DNA of 42,901 bases from Octopus bimaculoides (GCF_001194135.2 NC_068984.1:69290984-69333884), one strand, 5' to 3'; positions 11,378 through 25,689 are shown, counted from the first letter of the stretch. Translations and numbers: made by a program. Notes: generated from the letters alone by a model not told the origin.

Positions 11378-11595
11378 AGGCAACAAGCTGGCAGAGTCGT
11401 TAGCATGCTGGATGAAATATTTAGCAGCAGCTTGACTGTCTTTTATGTTCTGAGTTCAAATTCTGCTGAGGTCGACTTTACCTTTCATCATTTTGAGGCC
11501 AAAAAATTAAGTACAAGTGAAACACTGGAGTTGATGTAATTTACTAGTCCCTTCCCACAAAATGTTAGGCTTTGTACCTATTCTAGAAGGGATTA
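11378..11595 (+). mobile_element. tRNA-derived SINE, second family (family B)
   Basis: AGCTGGCAGAGTCGTTAGCA head, B-box GAGTTCAAATTCTG and body GTCGACTTTACCTTTCATC; homologous to 16083-16305. Confidence 0.75.
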
Positions 11596-12190
11596 TCATT
11601 CTGAAAATGTTCGGGATCGTCATACTTTTAATTGACTCCTTATAATCATCACATTTAAGTCTCAGACAATATTTTTTAAGGGATTTTATATAGCTTTTCA
11701 TCGTTTATGCTTTAGGTTATACATATGGTTATTTTACTTACAAGAGTTTTAGATTATTAGTCCTATTCGAAATTATTGTGCCAACTTTGATTATTTTCCT
11801 TGTTCCCATATACTGTTTATCTACATTTTGTTTTCATTAACCGCTTAAGTAGAATACATCTTTAGAGCACTTTATGTAATTTCTCTATCTGATGTATGTT
11901 TTCTAATTGCTTCTATTTCCCTCCTATCTTATGTATAAATACCTATGTCTATACTAAATACAAGCTGTCAATGTAACTAATAGTGTGTTAGCTCTTAGTA
12001 CACATATCCTTTTCCAACATTGCATTTTCATCTTTCTCCTCTTTCCTTTCTTTTACTCTGCTGTAAAAGTATTTCCATTTTCTGCTTCTGTATCAATGGT
12101 TGTCTGCCTTTATGAATTGCAACACACAAGAGATAAAATAAAAACAATTACTGGCACATTTTATATACAAAGTAAAAAAAAATAAGCAAT

Positions 12191-12882
12191 GGCACAGGTG
12201 TGACTGTGTGGTAAGAAACTTGCTTCACAACGACATGGTTCCAGGTTCAGTCCCCCTGTGTGGTTCATTTGACAAGTGTCTTCTACTATAGCCTTGGGCT
12301 AACCAAAGCCTTGTGAGTGGATTTGGTAGACAGAAACTGAAAGAAGCCCATCATATACATATATATGTAACTACACGTGGACTGTTTGTGATTTTTTACC
12401 TCCGTCTTCCTTTTCTTTTGGACTTTCCTATGTCTCCTGTTTCCAAAGAAGAGCTTTGCTCAAAATGTAAAACAACCACTCTTTCCTTCCTTCTCTGACC
12501 GTCTTATTAATACTTTACATGTACCATGTTCTTGTGTTGTTGGTTTTTTCTTGTCTTTTTTCTCTTCTTTTTTGATTAACTATGTGTGTGTGTGTGTGTG
12601 TGTGTCTGTGTCTGTGTATGTATGTATGTATGTATGTATGTACGTATGTATGCATATACATCTATGTGTGTGTGTATTTGTATCTGTGTTTATCCCCACC
12701 ACTCCTTGACAACTGGTGTTGGTGTGCTTGATTCCCATATCTTGGCAGTTTGGCAAAAGAGACCCATAGAATAAGTACCTGGCTTAAAAAAAAAGATAAG
12801 TACTGGGGTTGATTCAACTAAAAATTCAAGGTGGTGCCCCAGCATGGTCACAGTCAAACAACTGAAACAAGTAAGAGATGAA
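12191..12882 (+). mobile_element. tRNA/CORE SINE interrupted by an unrelated repeat (about 12371-12580) and microsatellites
   Basis: Head at 12191-12365 and tail module at about 12680-12882 both align to 6312-6705. Confidence 0.75.
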
Positions 12883-13159
12883 TGATAATCTTTTAATGTT
12901 AAAAAAGTAGAAAATAATATTGAAGACCATAATTTACCTTCTTTCATCATAATATTTGTGTATAACAAAATAAATAATAACTTGACTCTTAAAACTTCAA
13001 GCATTAGTAAGGATTCGATTTTCTAAAGCCCATAAATTTAAAAATATACATGGCATACCTAGATACCCTTGGCAGCACACTGTTTAAGAGTCAGAGCTCT
13101 AGGTTGTCTCTATTCCTAGGATTTAGAAATGAATGCCAGGTTCCTTGGAAATATTATAT

Positions 13160-13335
13160 GTTCCTTTCGAGTGTTGTGCCTCATGGAAGCAAAGTAGCTG
13201 AGTTCCTTTTGAGCATTGGCCTTATGGAGGCAAAGTGGCTAAGTTCCTTTCAAGCATTGGGCCTCACAGAGGCAAAGTGGCTGAGTTCCTTTTGCTTTCG
13301 AGTGTTGGGCCTCACAGAGGTAATGACTGAGACCT
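13160..13335 (+). repeat. About 42-bp tandem repeat, 4 units
   Basis: Units start at 13160, 13202, 13243 and 13285; consensus about GTTCCTTTYGAGYRTTGGGCCTCAYRGAGGCAAAGTGGCTGA. Confidence 0.8.
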
Positions 13336-13640
13336 TTGGCATTATGATGTGCATGAGAAGAAAACCCATCAAGCTGGGCAAAATCGCAGTCATGGCAGAT
13401 ACAAGTGTCACGCAAATGGCACCCAGCCCGGTGGCATGTATAAGCACCTATTACACTCTCAGAGTGGTTGGCTTTAGGAAGGGCATCCAGCCATAGAAAA
13501 CCATGCCAAATCAGACTGAAGTCTGGTGCCTCCTTCCAGTTTACCAGCCCTGGACAAACCGTCCAACCCATGCTAGCATGGTCAAAGGACATTAAATGAC
13601 GACGACGACAACGACGATGATGATGATGGTGATGATTATT
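13336..13640 (+). mobile_element. RTE-LINE 3'-tail-derived repeat ending in (GAT)n
   Basis: GAGTGGTTGGCTTTAGGAAGGGCATCCAGCC...TTAAATGACGAC/(GAT)n is shared with the ends of the RTE copies at about 25.5-25.7 kb and 29.8-30.0 kb. Confidence 0.7.
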
Positions 13641-15053
13641 GCATGGCATCTTATCTTAGGGTAGATATATCTATTATCAATCTACTTAATGCAATGAATT
13701 AAGTTCTGACTTTTAAAAGTTGGTTTTAGATTTTAGAGGCATTGTTATACCTTATTTAGAACTAATTAGACTGAAATGAACCAGTAACAGCATAGTGTCT
13801 TGGTCATGAACATAACTCAATATCTGTAATAGGAGATGAAGTGTAGGCCCTATCTTCGTTACTCAACCAACTGAAAATCTTGATTGCTGGGTATGTAAAG
13901 AGTAAATAGTTCTTAGGTGTTCCTCTGAAACATAATTTTCTGCTTTTAGTCATGAATCTCTATCAAATTAAGCATAAATTTTGTCTCGTAATTCAATTAA
14001 CCAACATTTTAGGATGACAATTTTATAGATTGGCATAAGCAACAAATTTACATTGTCAATTGAATTACTCCTTGTATTTCTCTGGTATTTATTTAATCAA
14101 TGGCTAGGAGGACAAATTGAAGTCTACACTAACTTGTTTTAAACTCAGAACATAAAGAGAGAATACAAAGTAATGTTAGTTGTCAACATTGTTCATGTTG
14201 TTGATGAAATTATTGTCTGACCTCAGATCAGCTCTGAGTGAGCAATCACGATTAAATGCAATCTAACCATAATCAAACCCAACCCACTTGTTTTTTTTTT
14301 CTTTTTTTCCTCATATATAGTATTTCTATGACTGCATTATACAAGGTATAATTTTCTTAAAGATGATAGGCCATAATTTGAGAAATATTTAGTTGTTATT
14401 TCCAGTATGTCAAAGAACAGCAAAAAGGTTTCCATATTGATTTGAAATACTGCTGGTTGTAGCTGTTTTAACCACAACTCATTTCTGATCAAGCAAGCAT
14501 GATCAAAAGCATCCGAACCAAGCCCATACCTTCTTTAATTCTCTTTTTGAAGATATCATCTAATAAGAACTATATTATTTTGCATGTACTTACTATTTGT
14601 TAAGGCGGAAGAATATGATTTAAGTAATATTTAGCTGCTGTTTTTATCAGGGAAAGTGACCACATTAAAGACTCACAGCAAATAAATTATCATTTCTGCC
14701 ATTCTACAATCATTTGTAATACAGAAACGTAATGACTAAGGAATTATAAAAAAAGATGATTTCTCACATTCAGACAACAATATTTGATGTTTAACAATTG
14801 CTTTTTTGAGCTTGAAATTATAATAGTTGTCTGGTGTATAGGTTTACAGTATCCAGTCAGTTTTCTTCTTTTTGTTTGATTTCGTTTTTCCTTTTTTTTT
14901 TTTTTCGGTTTGTCATTTAAAAGTAGCTGTAAGGTTTCTTTCAGCTAAATGAAGCAAATAATTAAGTATGCCAAAATAACAACAAAAACGCTACTACTCT
15001 TGTTGTTGTTACTACTACTACTACTACTACTTATAATAATAATAATAATAATA

Positions 15054-15115
<62 letters not shown>

Positions 15116-15332
15116 TCTTTCTGTTATAGGCACAAGGCCTGGAATTTTGGTGTGGAGGGGGCTAGTTGATTATGTTGATTCCAGTGCATAACTGGTACTT
15201 ATTTCATTGACACCGAAAGAATGAAAGGCTAAGTAGACCTCAGAAAAATTTGAACTCAAAATGTAATGATGGACAAAATGTCATTAAGCATTATGCCCAC
15301 CATCCTAATGATTTTGGAAGCTTACTGCCTTT
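15116..15332 (-). mobile_element. Family-B SINE with a long (TAA)n tail at 15031-15115
   Basis: The reverse complement aligns to 16083-16305. Confidence 0.75.
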
Positions 15333-15414
15333 ATAATAATAATAACAATAATAATGTTAAATCTCTAAATGGGGTGGGGTATTAACAGTAACTGCACGAC
15401 AAAGTGAAGTATAT

Positions 15415-15615
15415 TTGCCACTTAAATGTGGCTGACCCCTTACCCAGAAACTCGAGTCCATACGTATAGCAGATCAAGATGGGAAAGATAACTTCTCTTT
15501 GCAAATATAGACAGGACACAGATGTGTGTCGATAGCCAGCTGGAGGAGATGTTCTCCTGGGGCTAAAAGCAACAGTAACATCCACCCTTAGGGGTCAGCC
15601 ACATTTAAGTGGCAA
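15415..15615. mobile_element. MITE-like fold-back element with perfect 26-bp inverted repeats
   Basis: TTGCCACTTAAATGTGGCTGACCCCT (15415-15440) is the exact reverse complement of AGGGGTCAGCCACATTTAAGTGGCAA (15590-15615). No clear TSD. Confidence 0.65.
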
Positions 15616-15814
15616 CAATAATAATCTTTTCTACTAAAGGCACAAAATCTGAAATTTGGTGGGGAGGGGTCTAGTTGATTACATTAACCCCAGTATTTCA
15701 CTGGTACTTAATTTATCGACCTTGGCAGAATCTAAACTCAGAACGTAGTGACAGGCGAAATACCACTAAGCATTTTGCCCAGTGGGCTAATAATTTTGCC
15801 AGCACACCACCTTT
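15616..15814 (-). mobile_element. Family-B SINE with an internal deletion
   Basis: The reverse complement aligns to 16083-16305 and lacks the CTTTGCCTTTCATCC segment. Confidence 0.75.
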
Positions 15815-15829
15815 ATAATAATAATAATA

Positions 15830-15861
<32 letters not shown>

Positions 15862-16082
15862 AACAACTGTAACAGCAGCAACAACAACAGCAACATGTGA
15901 TTCAATGGTAAAACATTATGATAGAATTATAGAAAAGAAAAGAGAATGTAAAAATTAACCACATTAACAAATAAAGCTAAGAAGAATTTCATTTCATTTC
16001 ATTTCATTTCAAAGTTTCAGCTCAGAGCTGCGGCCATGCTGATGCACCACCATGTAAAGAATGGTAATAATGATACAATTTA

Positions 16083-16305
16083 AGGCAGTGAGCTGGGAGA
16101 AACGTTAGCATGCTGGGCAAAATGCTTAGTGGTATTTCATCTGTCTTTATGTTCTGAGTTCAAATTCTGCCAAAGTTGACTTTGCCTTTCATCCTTTCGG
16201 GGTTGATAAATTAGGAACCAGTTGCATACTTGGGTAAATTTAGTCAACTGGCCCCCACTCCCCAAAAGTTTCGGGCCTTGTGCCCAGAGTAGAAAAGAAT
16301 AATGA
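16083..16305 (+). mobile_element. Family-B SINE
   Basis: GGCAGTGAGCTGGGAGAAACGTTAGCA head and B-box GAGTTCAAATTCTG. Confidence 0.8.
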
Positions 16306-16693
16306 TGCAATTTGATAAGAGGCCACATATATGCAAATGATATAATACATCATGATATAACTTAACTTTGGTGCTCATAACAACCTGTAAAGTGAGCACA
16401 CTGCATCCTATTGTTAAAGGCAAAAACACGACAAAAAGCAAGGGAAATAGAACTTACATTTTATTAGCAGTTAGCTGATCAAACAAAACCTGAATTCTGT
16501 GCCAACTACCATTTTGTTTCAGTTAAAAGCTAGTATAAATAGCTTCAGGTCTTCAGTATAGCTAAGCAATGTAACTCCTGTCACAAATACATGATAAAGC
16601 TTGTTAAAACATTTTGTTGTCTGTTTCTCTCTCTCTCTCTCACTTTCTGTCTATCTATATATATGTGTGTGAGTGCATATATATATGTATATA

Positions 16694-16749
<56 letters not shown>

Positions 16750-16786
16750 TTCACGATTCCTTTTTTAGGGAGAAAATACCACAATC

Positions 16787-18600
16787 ATATGCCAAATCCG
16801 ACACAACACAAAATTTTAATGAACACACAAATCATATAGACCCAAAGATCATAGTTTTGTTAAAAAGAAATCTCAACAAGAATGAGATGAACCTCCTATT
16901 AAAAGGTTTCGAGTTTACCCCAACACCCACCCCTAATCTCATTGAACTGTAATCTGATATTGAATATTTTATCCTCCACCTCCAACATAGAATTCTTCAG
17001 CAATAAGGATATAAATGATGAATCAATAGTCAGAAATGAATCCCACTTCACCCTCTACAAAGGAAATGGCAAATATTTAGATGCATATATAGACACAATT
17101 TCAAAATTTCCCCTAAATGCCTACAGATGCAAATAAAACCTTCATGAAGAAGAAGAGGAAGCATTACTAACATGGAAGAATGACAACTCAGTCATCCTAA
17201 AAGAAGCCGATAAAGGAGGAGCGATAGTAATCATGGACAAAGACTACTATAAAAATTAAAATATTGGAATTTTAACAAACCAAACCTTATACAAGGAAGA
17301 ACCAAGACGCCTAGAAAAGACAATAAGGAATAAAATCAGATGACTTATCGATGAATTCCAAGATTCCTTCACAGACAAAGGAAAAGATTATATATGAAAC
17401 TCTGTAATCAAAGAGAGCAATTTCTACAGATTATCCAAAATCCAGAAAAGCTCCAAAATACAAAGTGCCATAAATAAGCAGAAGAACCAATACATAAAAA
17501 TACTAAGGCCTGCTGACCTCAAACTAAGACCAATAGTTGCTGGACCTCAAGCACCAACACAAAAACTAAGTCATTTTTTAGATGTACTCCTAAAATCTCT
17601 GTGCCCTATAGTACCCAGTTATATATGGGACAACATAGATTTCATCCAGTACATCTTACTCACTGTCCAAGATGGTACTATACTTACATGTTTTGATGTC
17701 ACCAGTCTTTATACCAATATACCTCAGGCTTTAGGCCTGGAAGCAGTCAAACACTGGGTAGAGAAACATACAGGATGGATAAATGAACACTTCAAGACTA
17801 ACTTCATTCCCAAGGCTTCAAGCCTGGTACTGGAAGAAAATACCTTTAGATCCGATAATAAAACATATTGGTGGTTTGCACCCTCATATGCAACCTTAGT
17901 CATAGGATACTTGAAATAAAAACTTTATGAGGAAGTAGAGAAAACTTTTGATCAGGGGTACAAGAAATATATCATTAAAAAGTAGAAACACTTCATGAAT
18001 GATTGTTTCATCTTTTGGGACAGATCAAGTGAGGACCTAAGTATATTTAACAATATACTGAACACACATCACCTATCAATCAAATTCCCAATAGAATCTA
18101 GTTGCAATGAATTACTATTGCTGGATATCCACATAAACATACAGAACTCTGCAGTCACAACACATATTTTACAAAAACACTGCCTCACACCAATATTTAA
18201 ATTTCTACATCAAAAGAACATCTCATACAGCATGGCAAGACAAATCTGTGCTATAGTGACTGACCCCAAAATGTGTGAAATCTGACTCAACAAGCTCAAA
18301 GGCTTCCTCACAGTGCAGAAATACCCCTTAGGATTAATTAATGAGGGAATTAAAAAGGTGATGAAACTGAGCATCACCCAACTACAGACACCTAAGTAAA
18401 AAATTAATGAACACACGATTCTATTTGTTCACACACACAGTCCTGGGATAACCAACATTTTTCATGCCATAAAATCGAACTACAAAGCCCCAAAATAAAA
18501 AAAATCTGACTGAAAGGAACCCTTTACAGAATAGTAGATACCAAATAAAAAATTTTAGAAAGACACCTCACAAGAGCAGAATTCACATCGGAGAATCTAA
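16787..18600 (+). pseudogene. Penelope-like retroelement reverse transcriptase fossil
   Basis: Ordered motifs LLLKGFEFTPTP, KEADKGGAIVIMD, LRPIVAGP, FDVTSLYTNIP, FAPSYA, FMNDCFIFW (decayed xLDD), IKFPIE...LLDI and LTRAEF. It has multiple stops and frameshifts, the GTAMG motif is deleted, and no downstream GIY-YIG domain was seen. Confidence 0.9.
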
Positions 18601-18875
18601 TGACATTATATCAGCAAAACAATGATGGTATGTTTACATTCCCTGTAATTATTAGTCCTGATATACAGCACTCTGAACGTCAAATTCAACCATGGTCTAC
18701 TTGCATATTAGATTTAATTTGTCAATGAGTTTATCACCTCTGCCTTCCCTCTGGACTAAAAAAAAATTTTTGAATAAAAAAAAATCACATTCTGCTGCAA
18801 AGCACTTCCAAAGAGCAGTGTAGCAAAAAGAAATCAGGCAAGAATCGGTGAAAGGAAGAGAATTCAATCAGAAAT

Positions 18876-19092
18876 ATTATTTTCTACTCTAGGTACAAGG
18901 CCCGAAATTTTGGAGGAAGAGGCCAGTCAATTAGATCAACCCCAGTACGCAACTGGCACTTAATTTATAGACCCCGAAAGAATGAAAGGCAAAGTTGACC
19001 TCGGCAGAATTTGAACTCAGAACATAAAGACAGACGAAATACCGCTAAGCATTTCGCCCAGTGTGCTAACGTTTCTGCCAGCTTGCTGCTTT
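18876..19092 (-). mobile_element. Family-B SINE, well preserved
   Basis: The reverse complement aligns to 16083-16305. Confidence 0.8.
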
Positions 19093-19374
19093 AATCCAGT
19101 CACTAATATTGCCTCAACCATGTCACTGTCCAAAATAATGCCAGCATGGAAAAACAGAAATAAAACACACACACACACACACACGCACACACGCACATGC
19201 ACACACTCACATACACCTATGCAATATATAAATATGTATGTACACATACTCACACAGAAACACGCACACATCTTGTCCTGGTACCAAGAGAGCAATATTT
19301 GCTTGTTCTGATAATTGAAACTAACCATTACAAGTAAAATGTCCATCTTGGCTATATACTGTACTTTTCTGTTT

Positions 19375-20310
<936 letters not shown>

Positions 20311-20959
20311 GAGGTCATAATAAAGTTCTTATACTATTTTTAAGTTTGCAATACCTTTATTTTTATGCATGGTAGAATAAAGAACGATCAGTACAAAAAT
20401 GCATTATATTTTAGAATAGATTTATTTTTGAAATTGTTAATTTTCAACATGCCCTCCCCTTCACTATATATAGCTATTATAAAGCAAATCTGAAGACCTA
20501 GAAATAGATTTTTCAACTAACATTCAGCTGTAACCATAATGATATCACTCAGCCTGCAAGTCATCAATTCAATGAGGCTTAGTTGACTAGATAAATAGCG
20601 GTTGTTACATGTTACGCAGAATAAATGTAATGTAATTGATGATTTACAAACGATTAATAAATTTTATAAGTGTTTTAACTGAAAAACATAGATGGATCAG
20701 GCTTCTAAATACTTTTACGGATTATTTCTTTCATTTCTAGAACTAAAGATTCAAAATTCAAAATTGCAGGCAAACATTATAAGTAGCAAAGTGTTTAAGA
20801 GGTTCATTTCTCAACCTCGTGATTATGGGTGGATCTCACTAAATGGAATATTGAGAAAATGTCTCCTAAAATAGGAGGATGATCAATTCAATTCGTTGTG
20901 GGTGAAATTAGTAGAGGAGGTTGGTAGATGCAAAATAGATGTAAAGAGTGCTGTTGTAA

Positions 20960-21008
<49 letters not shown>

Positions 21009-21622
21009 CCACCATCTTCAGGTAAAACTTTAAACAAGTAAAATGTCAAACAAGTTAGTTATCATATATTGAATAAGACGATTCCAATGTCATTGAATAA
21101 GTCGTATTTTAAAGAATAACATACAAATTTATTGGAAAAATTAGAATGTGTGTACTGAACAGGAATACATGGAGCAGAGATCAAATGATTCTATTATTTA
21201 AATTCACATATCTAAAATACTTCATAGCTAATATTGGCATTGAGAATGTACAAGAATTGCAGAATGTTATAACCTTCAGTTGGCATTAAGGTAATCAGAA
21301 CCGAGTAGATATTTTGTCAGTTAAGTGAGCTAAAAGGGGACAACCTTGGGGCAGCAGAAAGCCATAAAACTGTCAGCAACCTTTAGTCTTATTCCATTCA
21401 GCTTAAGCAACATAGTATTCACATTCATACTCCTAGATGCATATATATATGCACACATGCACATAGATATATTCAAATTAAATTTATACCTATGGATATA
21501 CACAAACATACACACCATACCCTCTCACACACATATATACATACATATAAATATATACACATACACACATAAGTTTACATATATATATACATACATATAA
21601 ATATATACACATACACACATAG

Positions 21623-21665
<43 letters not shown>

Positions 21666-22703
21666 CATATCTACACAGACATATGCATACATATACAAGT
21701 ACACATATACATACACATATATATATATATATATTCACTTGTATGCACACGCATACATATTCATACATGCTCACACTCACACATTTACATACTCTTACAA
21801 AAATTTATAAATATATAAAATAATGATATATAAAGAAATCATTGACAAAGGACAGAGGGGTTAAGAAGTTATACACTGGACTATCAAGTATTTCATTTGT
21901 TATGAAATTTGCAAACAGATATAATGAGTCTACATTACAAGAAGTCTAATGACACAATTCGACATATTGCTTAAATCATATTTCAGTGAGATGAGTATAT
22001 TTAACTACATTACAATGTATGGTTAAATAGAAGCTAAAAAGTTAATGATAATTAGTAATTATTTGTAGTATGTTAGATAACAGGTTTAAAGAATGAAAAT
22101 CTGTTCCTAATGTTGTGTGAGCATTTCACCCTGAGTTCACTAGATTTGTTAAGGGTGTTACTTGAATATTTAAGTATTTCCCATAATTCAGTGCTGCAAA
22201 GACAATACCTATATCAATTGTTTGAATGAGGTAATGCACATTTTATAATGTTCCATGTTATTTGGAAGCTATTTTTTGTCTCTAATTACCAAATTTTTTT
22301 ATGAGTGATGTAACCTTAACCTTATTACATTTATTAAATTTGCAAGTTATTGAACCGATGTAGGTAAATGTGATTACATTATTCATTACATCACATCTAT
22401 TGATAACATTTTTAGTGAGACATAAATAATTGAGAGGGCATAGAAGTGTGTTGCTACAATTACATAATTTAGGAGGTTTATGGATATCCGTACTATCAGT
22501 GTTATTTGAGGATCACAGAGAGAGATAAGTATCATTAAACCCAATAGAATTATTCATATTATCCAGGGTTACTGAAGAGTCAATGGGATTGTTATTAGTA
22601 TTTGCACTTTTTGTTTGCTCTGATCATCTATATTAGAATCGTTTTGAATGTTATCAGGGTTGGTTTTATCATTATCAGGGTTAGAGTTTATGTCATCATT
22701 GAC

Positions 22704-23240
22704 GCATTTTTCATATGACTCGGTACCTGTTTCCATTCATGTGCGTTAACTACAGCATTTAAGCATTTTAGCTTGTTTTTCTAGCAGTGTTTGCGTTTCT
22801 TAGCACCCTAGTCACATTTATGACAATTATAATTCTTCCTTTTAGTGAAACATTGCAACCAGCTGTTTATATTAATTTTATGTATACACATTAGTGAATC
22901 ACAAAATCATCTTCTAATATAAATGTCATAAACATATATACTAATATAGAAGTAAGCCAAGGAAAGCCAAGATCAAGTGGGCTTCAGGCAATGGAAATTG
23001 CTGAAACTGATGTCAGTATTAAAAATTCTCAATCAGCATTTTTCAGATGATTCAGTTCCCTGAATATATAGTGTATATGTTCTCGTTCGTGTGCATTAAC
23101 TACAGAATTAGAGCATTTTAGCTAATATTTCTAGCAATGTAGTTGTTTCTTAATACCCTAGTCATGTTTAGGGACAATTATAATTCTCCAGTTTGGTGAA
23201 ACATTGCAACTTGCTGTTTATATTAATTCTATACATGCAT
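22704..23240. repeat. Diverged direct duplication of about 190 bp (22704-22890 and 23036-23240)
   Basis: Shared blocks TTAACTACAG...AGCATTTTAGCT...CCCTAGTCA...GACAATTATAATTCT...GTGAAACATTGCAAC...GCTGTTTATATTAATT. Confidence 0.8.
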
Positions 23241-23309
23241 ATACATATATGCAGGATAACAAAAAAAAGTAAACACTTGCAGACAAAGTTGACTCTATTG
23301 CAACCAATT

Positions 23310-23708
23310 TGTCAAAAGAATATTGGTGGCACTTAAAAAATTAAAACAGCCACCATGTTTAAACACAACCATCCAGATATTTTTGTGTGGAACCACAATA
23401 AAAAGATATGGTCTGATTTGCAAATCAGCTGCCATCTGGACACCAATGTGGTTTGAAAAATACAAGAGACAAAGGATTTCTATGGATCATTAATAAGGAG
23501 ATTGTAAATCCAGTACCCAAAATACACTTTCAGCTTCATACCCATTATTATTGGAGCAACAGCATACATACCAACCCATCTGGAAAAAAGAATGGCTGAA
23601 CATGGGTTCTTGAGGACAGAATGCAAATCTTTAATTCACACACTACTAATGATCACAGTAGCTGGGACTATAAGAATATGCAAATCCGTAAGATTTAAAG
23701 GATTATAA
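23310..23708 (+). pseudogene. 3' end of an RLE-type non-LTR retrotransposon (R4/Dong/NeSL-like endonuclease)
   Basis: 23343-23708 translates as KTATMFKHNHPDIFVWNHNKKIWSDLQISCHLDTNVV*KIQETKDFYGSLIRRL*IQYPKYTFSFIPIIIGATAYIP...GTIRICKS. This is the PD..(D/E)xS..K...Y..L...PIIIGA restriction-like endonuclease signature, with two stops. Confidence 0.8.
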
Positions 23709-24599
23709 GCAAAACAAGATGTTTTTTTTCACAACTTTGCTATCAAGCTAGAGGTCAGTCAGAATTAATTCCAAATTAAAATGAGAATGAGAACAAACAA
23801 ACATTTATACACACATGCATACATACTAACATACATACACACATAAATACATACGTACATACATACATTCATACAAAACATCTTTGGTAGAAATGAACAG
23901 AACAAGTAATAGGGTTATTGAACAGACAGTTAGGGTCTTTTCACTGAAGTAAAACATAACAGGCAAACACACCATTAGGTTCTGACATAAGCTTTTAAGC
24001 ATAAAGAGGAAAAGAAGAAAAAGCAACGAATAAAGAAAAGAATTCTGTGCATGAGAATGCAAAGAGGGAAAGAATATATGTGCCATGGTAGATTGTGAGA
24101 AATAAGGAAAAGGATTTGTAGGATAGAAGGAAAAAAAATGAGGAAGAGAAATAAAGAGAGAGAGAGAGAGAGAGAGAGACAAAGAAGAATGAGAGGAAGA
24201 ACTTGGCAAAATCATGTAAACAAACTGTCAATTGAAAAATTTGTCTAGCTTTATACTTAAAATACAAAAGTAAGCAGAGGGAAAAATAGCCAAGAAATAT
24301 AAGAAAAATAAATACTCAAATACACACATATACATCCAGATATTTATGTAAGTATATATACATCCATCCATCCCTCTATCTATCTATCTATCTATTTATC
24401 TATATATCTGTCTGTCTGTATGTATGTCTGTCTGCCTGCCTGCCTGCCTGCCTGTCTGTCTATCTATCTATCTATCTATCTATATATTTATCTGTCTGTC
24501 TGTCTGTCTGTCTCTGTATGTGTGTGTGTGTGTGTGTGCATGTGTGTGTATACATATATATAAACATACACATCTATATATGTATATATATATAAATTA

Positions 24600-25670
24600 T
24601 TTAAAAGAAAAATTGCATGCATCAGATATTGTGTGCAAGAGAGAAGACTCTGCTGCGATGGTCATATGATGTGTATGGATGAGGATAGCTGCATTAAAAA
24701 GTACTGATTTCTTATCTAATTGTGGAAGGAACCTGTGGAAGGGCTAGACCAAGGAAGATGTGGGATGGACTGGTGAGAAATAATCTTCAGATGTTGGGCC
24801 TCACAAAAAAGATGACAAGGAACTGAGACTTCTCCGGATTTGATGTGCTTGAGAAGACATCTAAAGCAAAGTAAAACCATGCCCATCCATAGTTACAGGC
24901 ATTTCATTTATAGCCATGCCCCCTCACACACAATCTGTCCCCTGTCAAAACTTCCCACAACCCATTTTCCCAACACCCTCAACACCCACTGTAGAACCCC
25001 TCTACTCTCCTTTCATGTGCCTATTCACACACTCTTCATGCCCTCAAATATCCACCATACCCCACTTCCAGCCTTTTCAATATTCATCATCATTACTTGC
25101 TACATCCATGTCTTTCCCATCTCTAAGCATCTACTCTCACACTTTCATAGAACATTTCACTCTATCCTCTTTGTACTTCTAATACTCCCCCATTGCTTCT
25201 TGATAATAAGCATCAATGCATCTCCAACACCATATATTTCTCTCTCTCTCTCTTTCTTATTATGATTATCTCTTTATCTATCTCTCTCACCCACTCCCAC
25301 CATCCTCTCTTTCCTTGTCCTAGTGGGGTGGTCAAGTATCTCCTCTATCTTAAAGACACTTATCTTTGTCCCTGTATTATACCCTAACCTCTAGTCTGGC
25401 ACACAAATACTTCCCTTGGTTCCACTCTCTGTTTCAGCTGAGAGGTCTTTGCTTTGCAAGCTACTTAGTGACCCTCTGGTGCTGATGCTGCATGAAAAGC
25501 ACCCAGTATACTTTGTAAAGGGGGTGGCATTAGGATAGGCATGTAGCCATAGAAACCATGCCAAAAACAGACAACTGGAACTTGGTGCAGTCCTCTGGCT
25601 TGCCTGCTCCTGTCAAGCCATCCAAACTCACACCAGCCTGGAAAATAAATGTTAAATGATGATGATGATG
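24600..25670 (+). mobile_element. 5'-truncated RTE LINE: RT C-terminus, CT-rich 3'UTR and (GAT)n tail
   Basis: ...GTCGRARPRKMWDGLVRNNLQMLGLT..., followed by a UTR homologous to 29150-29915. Confidence 0.8.
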
Positions 25671-25689
25671 AGAGTATACATACATGCAT

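Noticed and set aside
20340-22560. Microsatellite-interrupted unique sequence that might be an old transposase
   Set aside because: No motif could be recovered in any frame by eye, so it is left unannotated.
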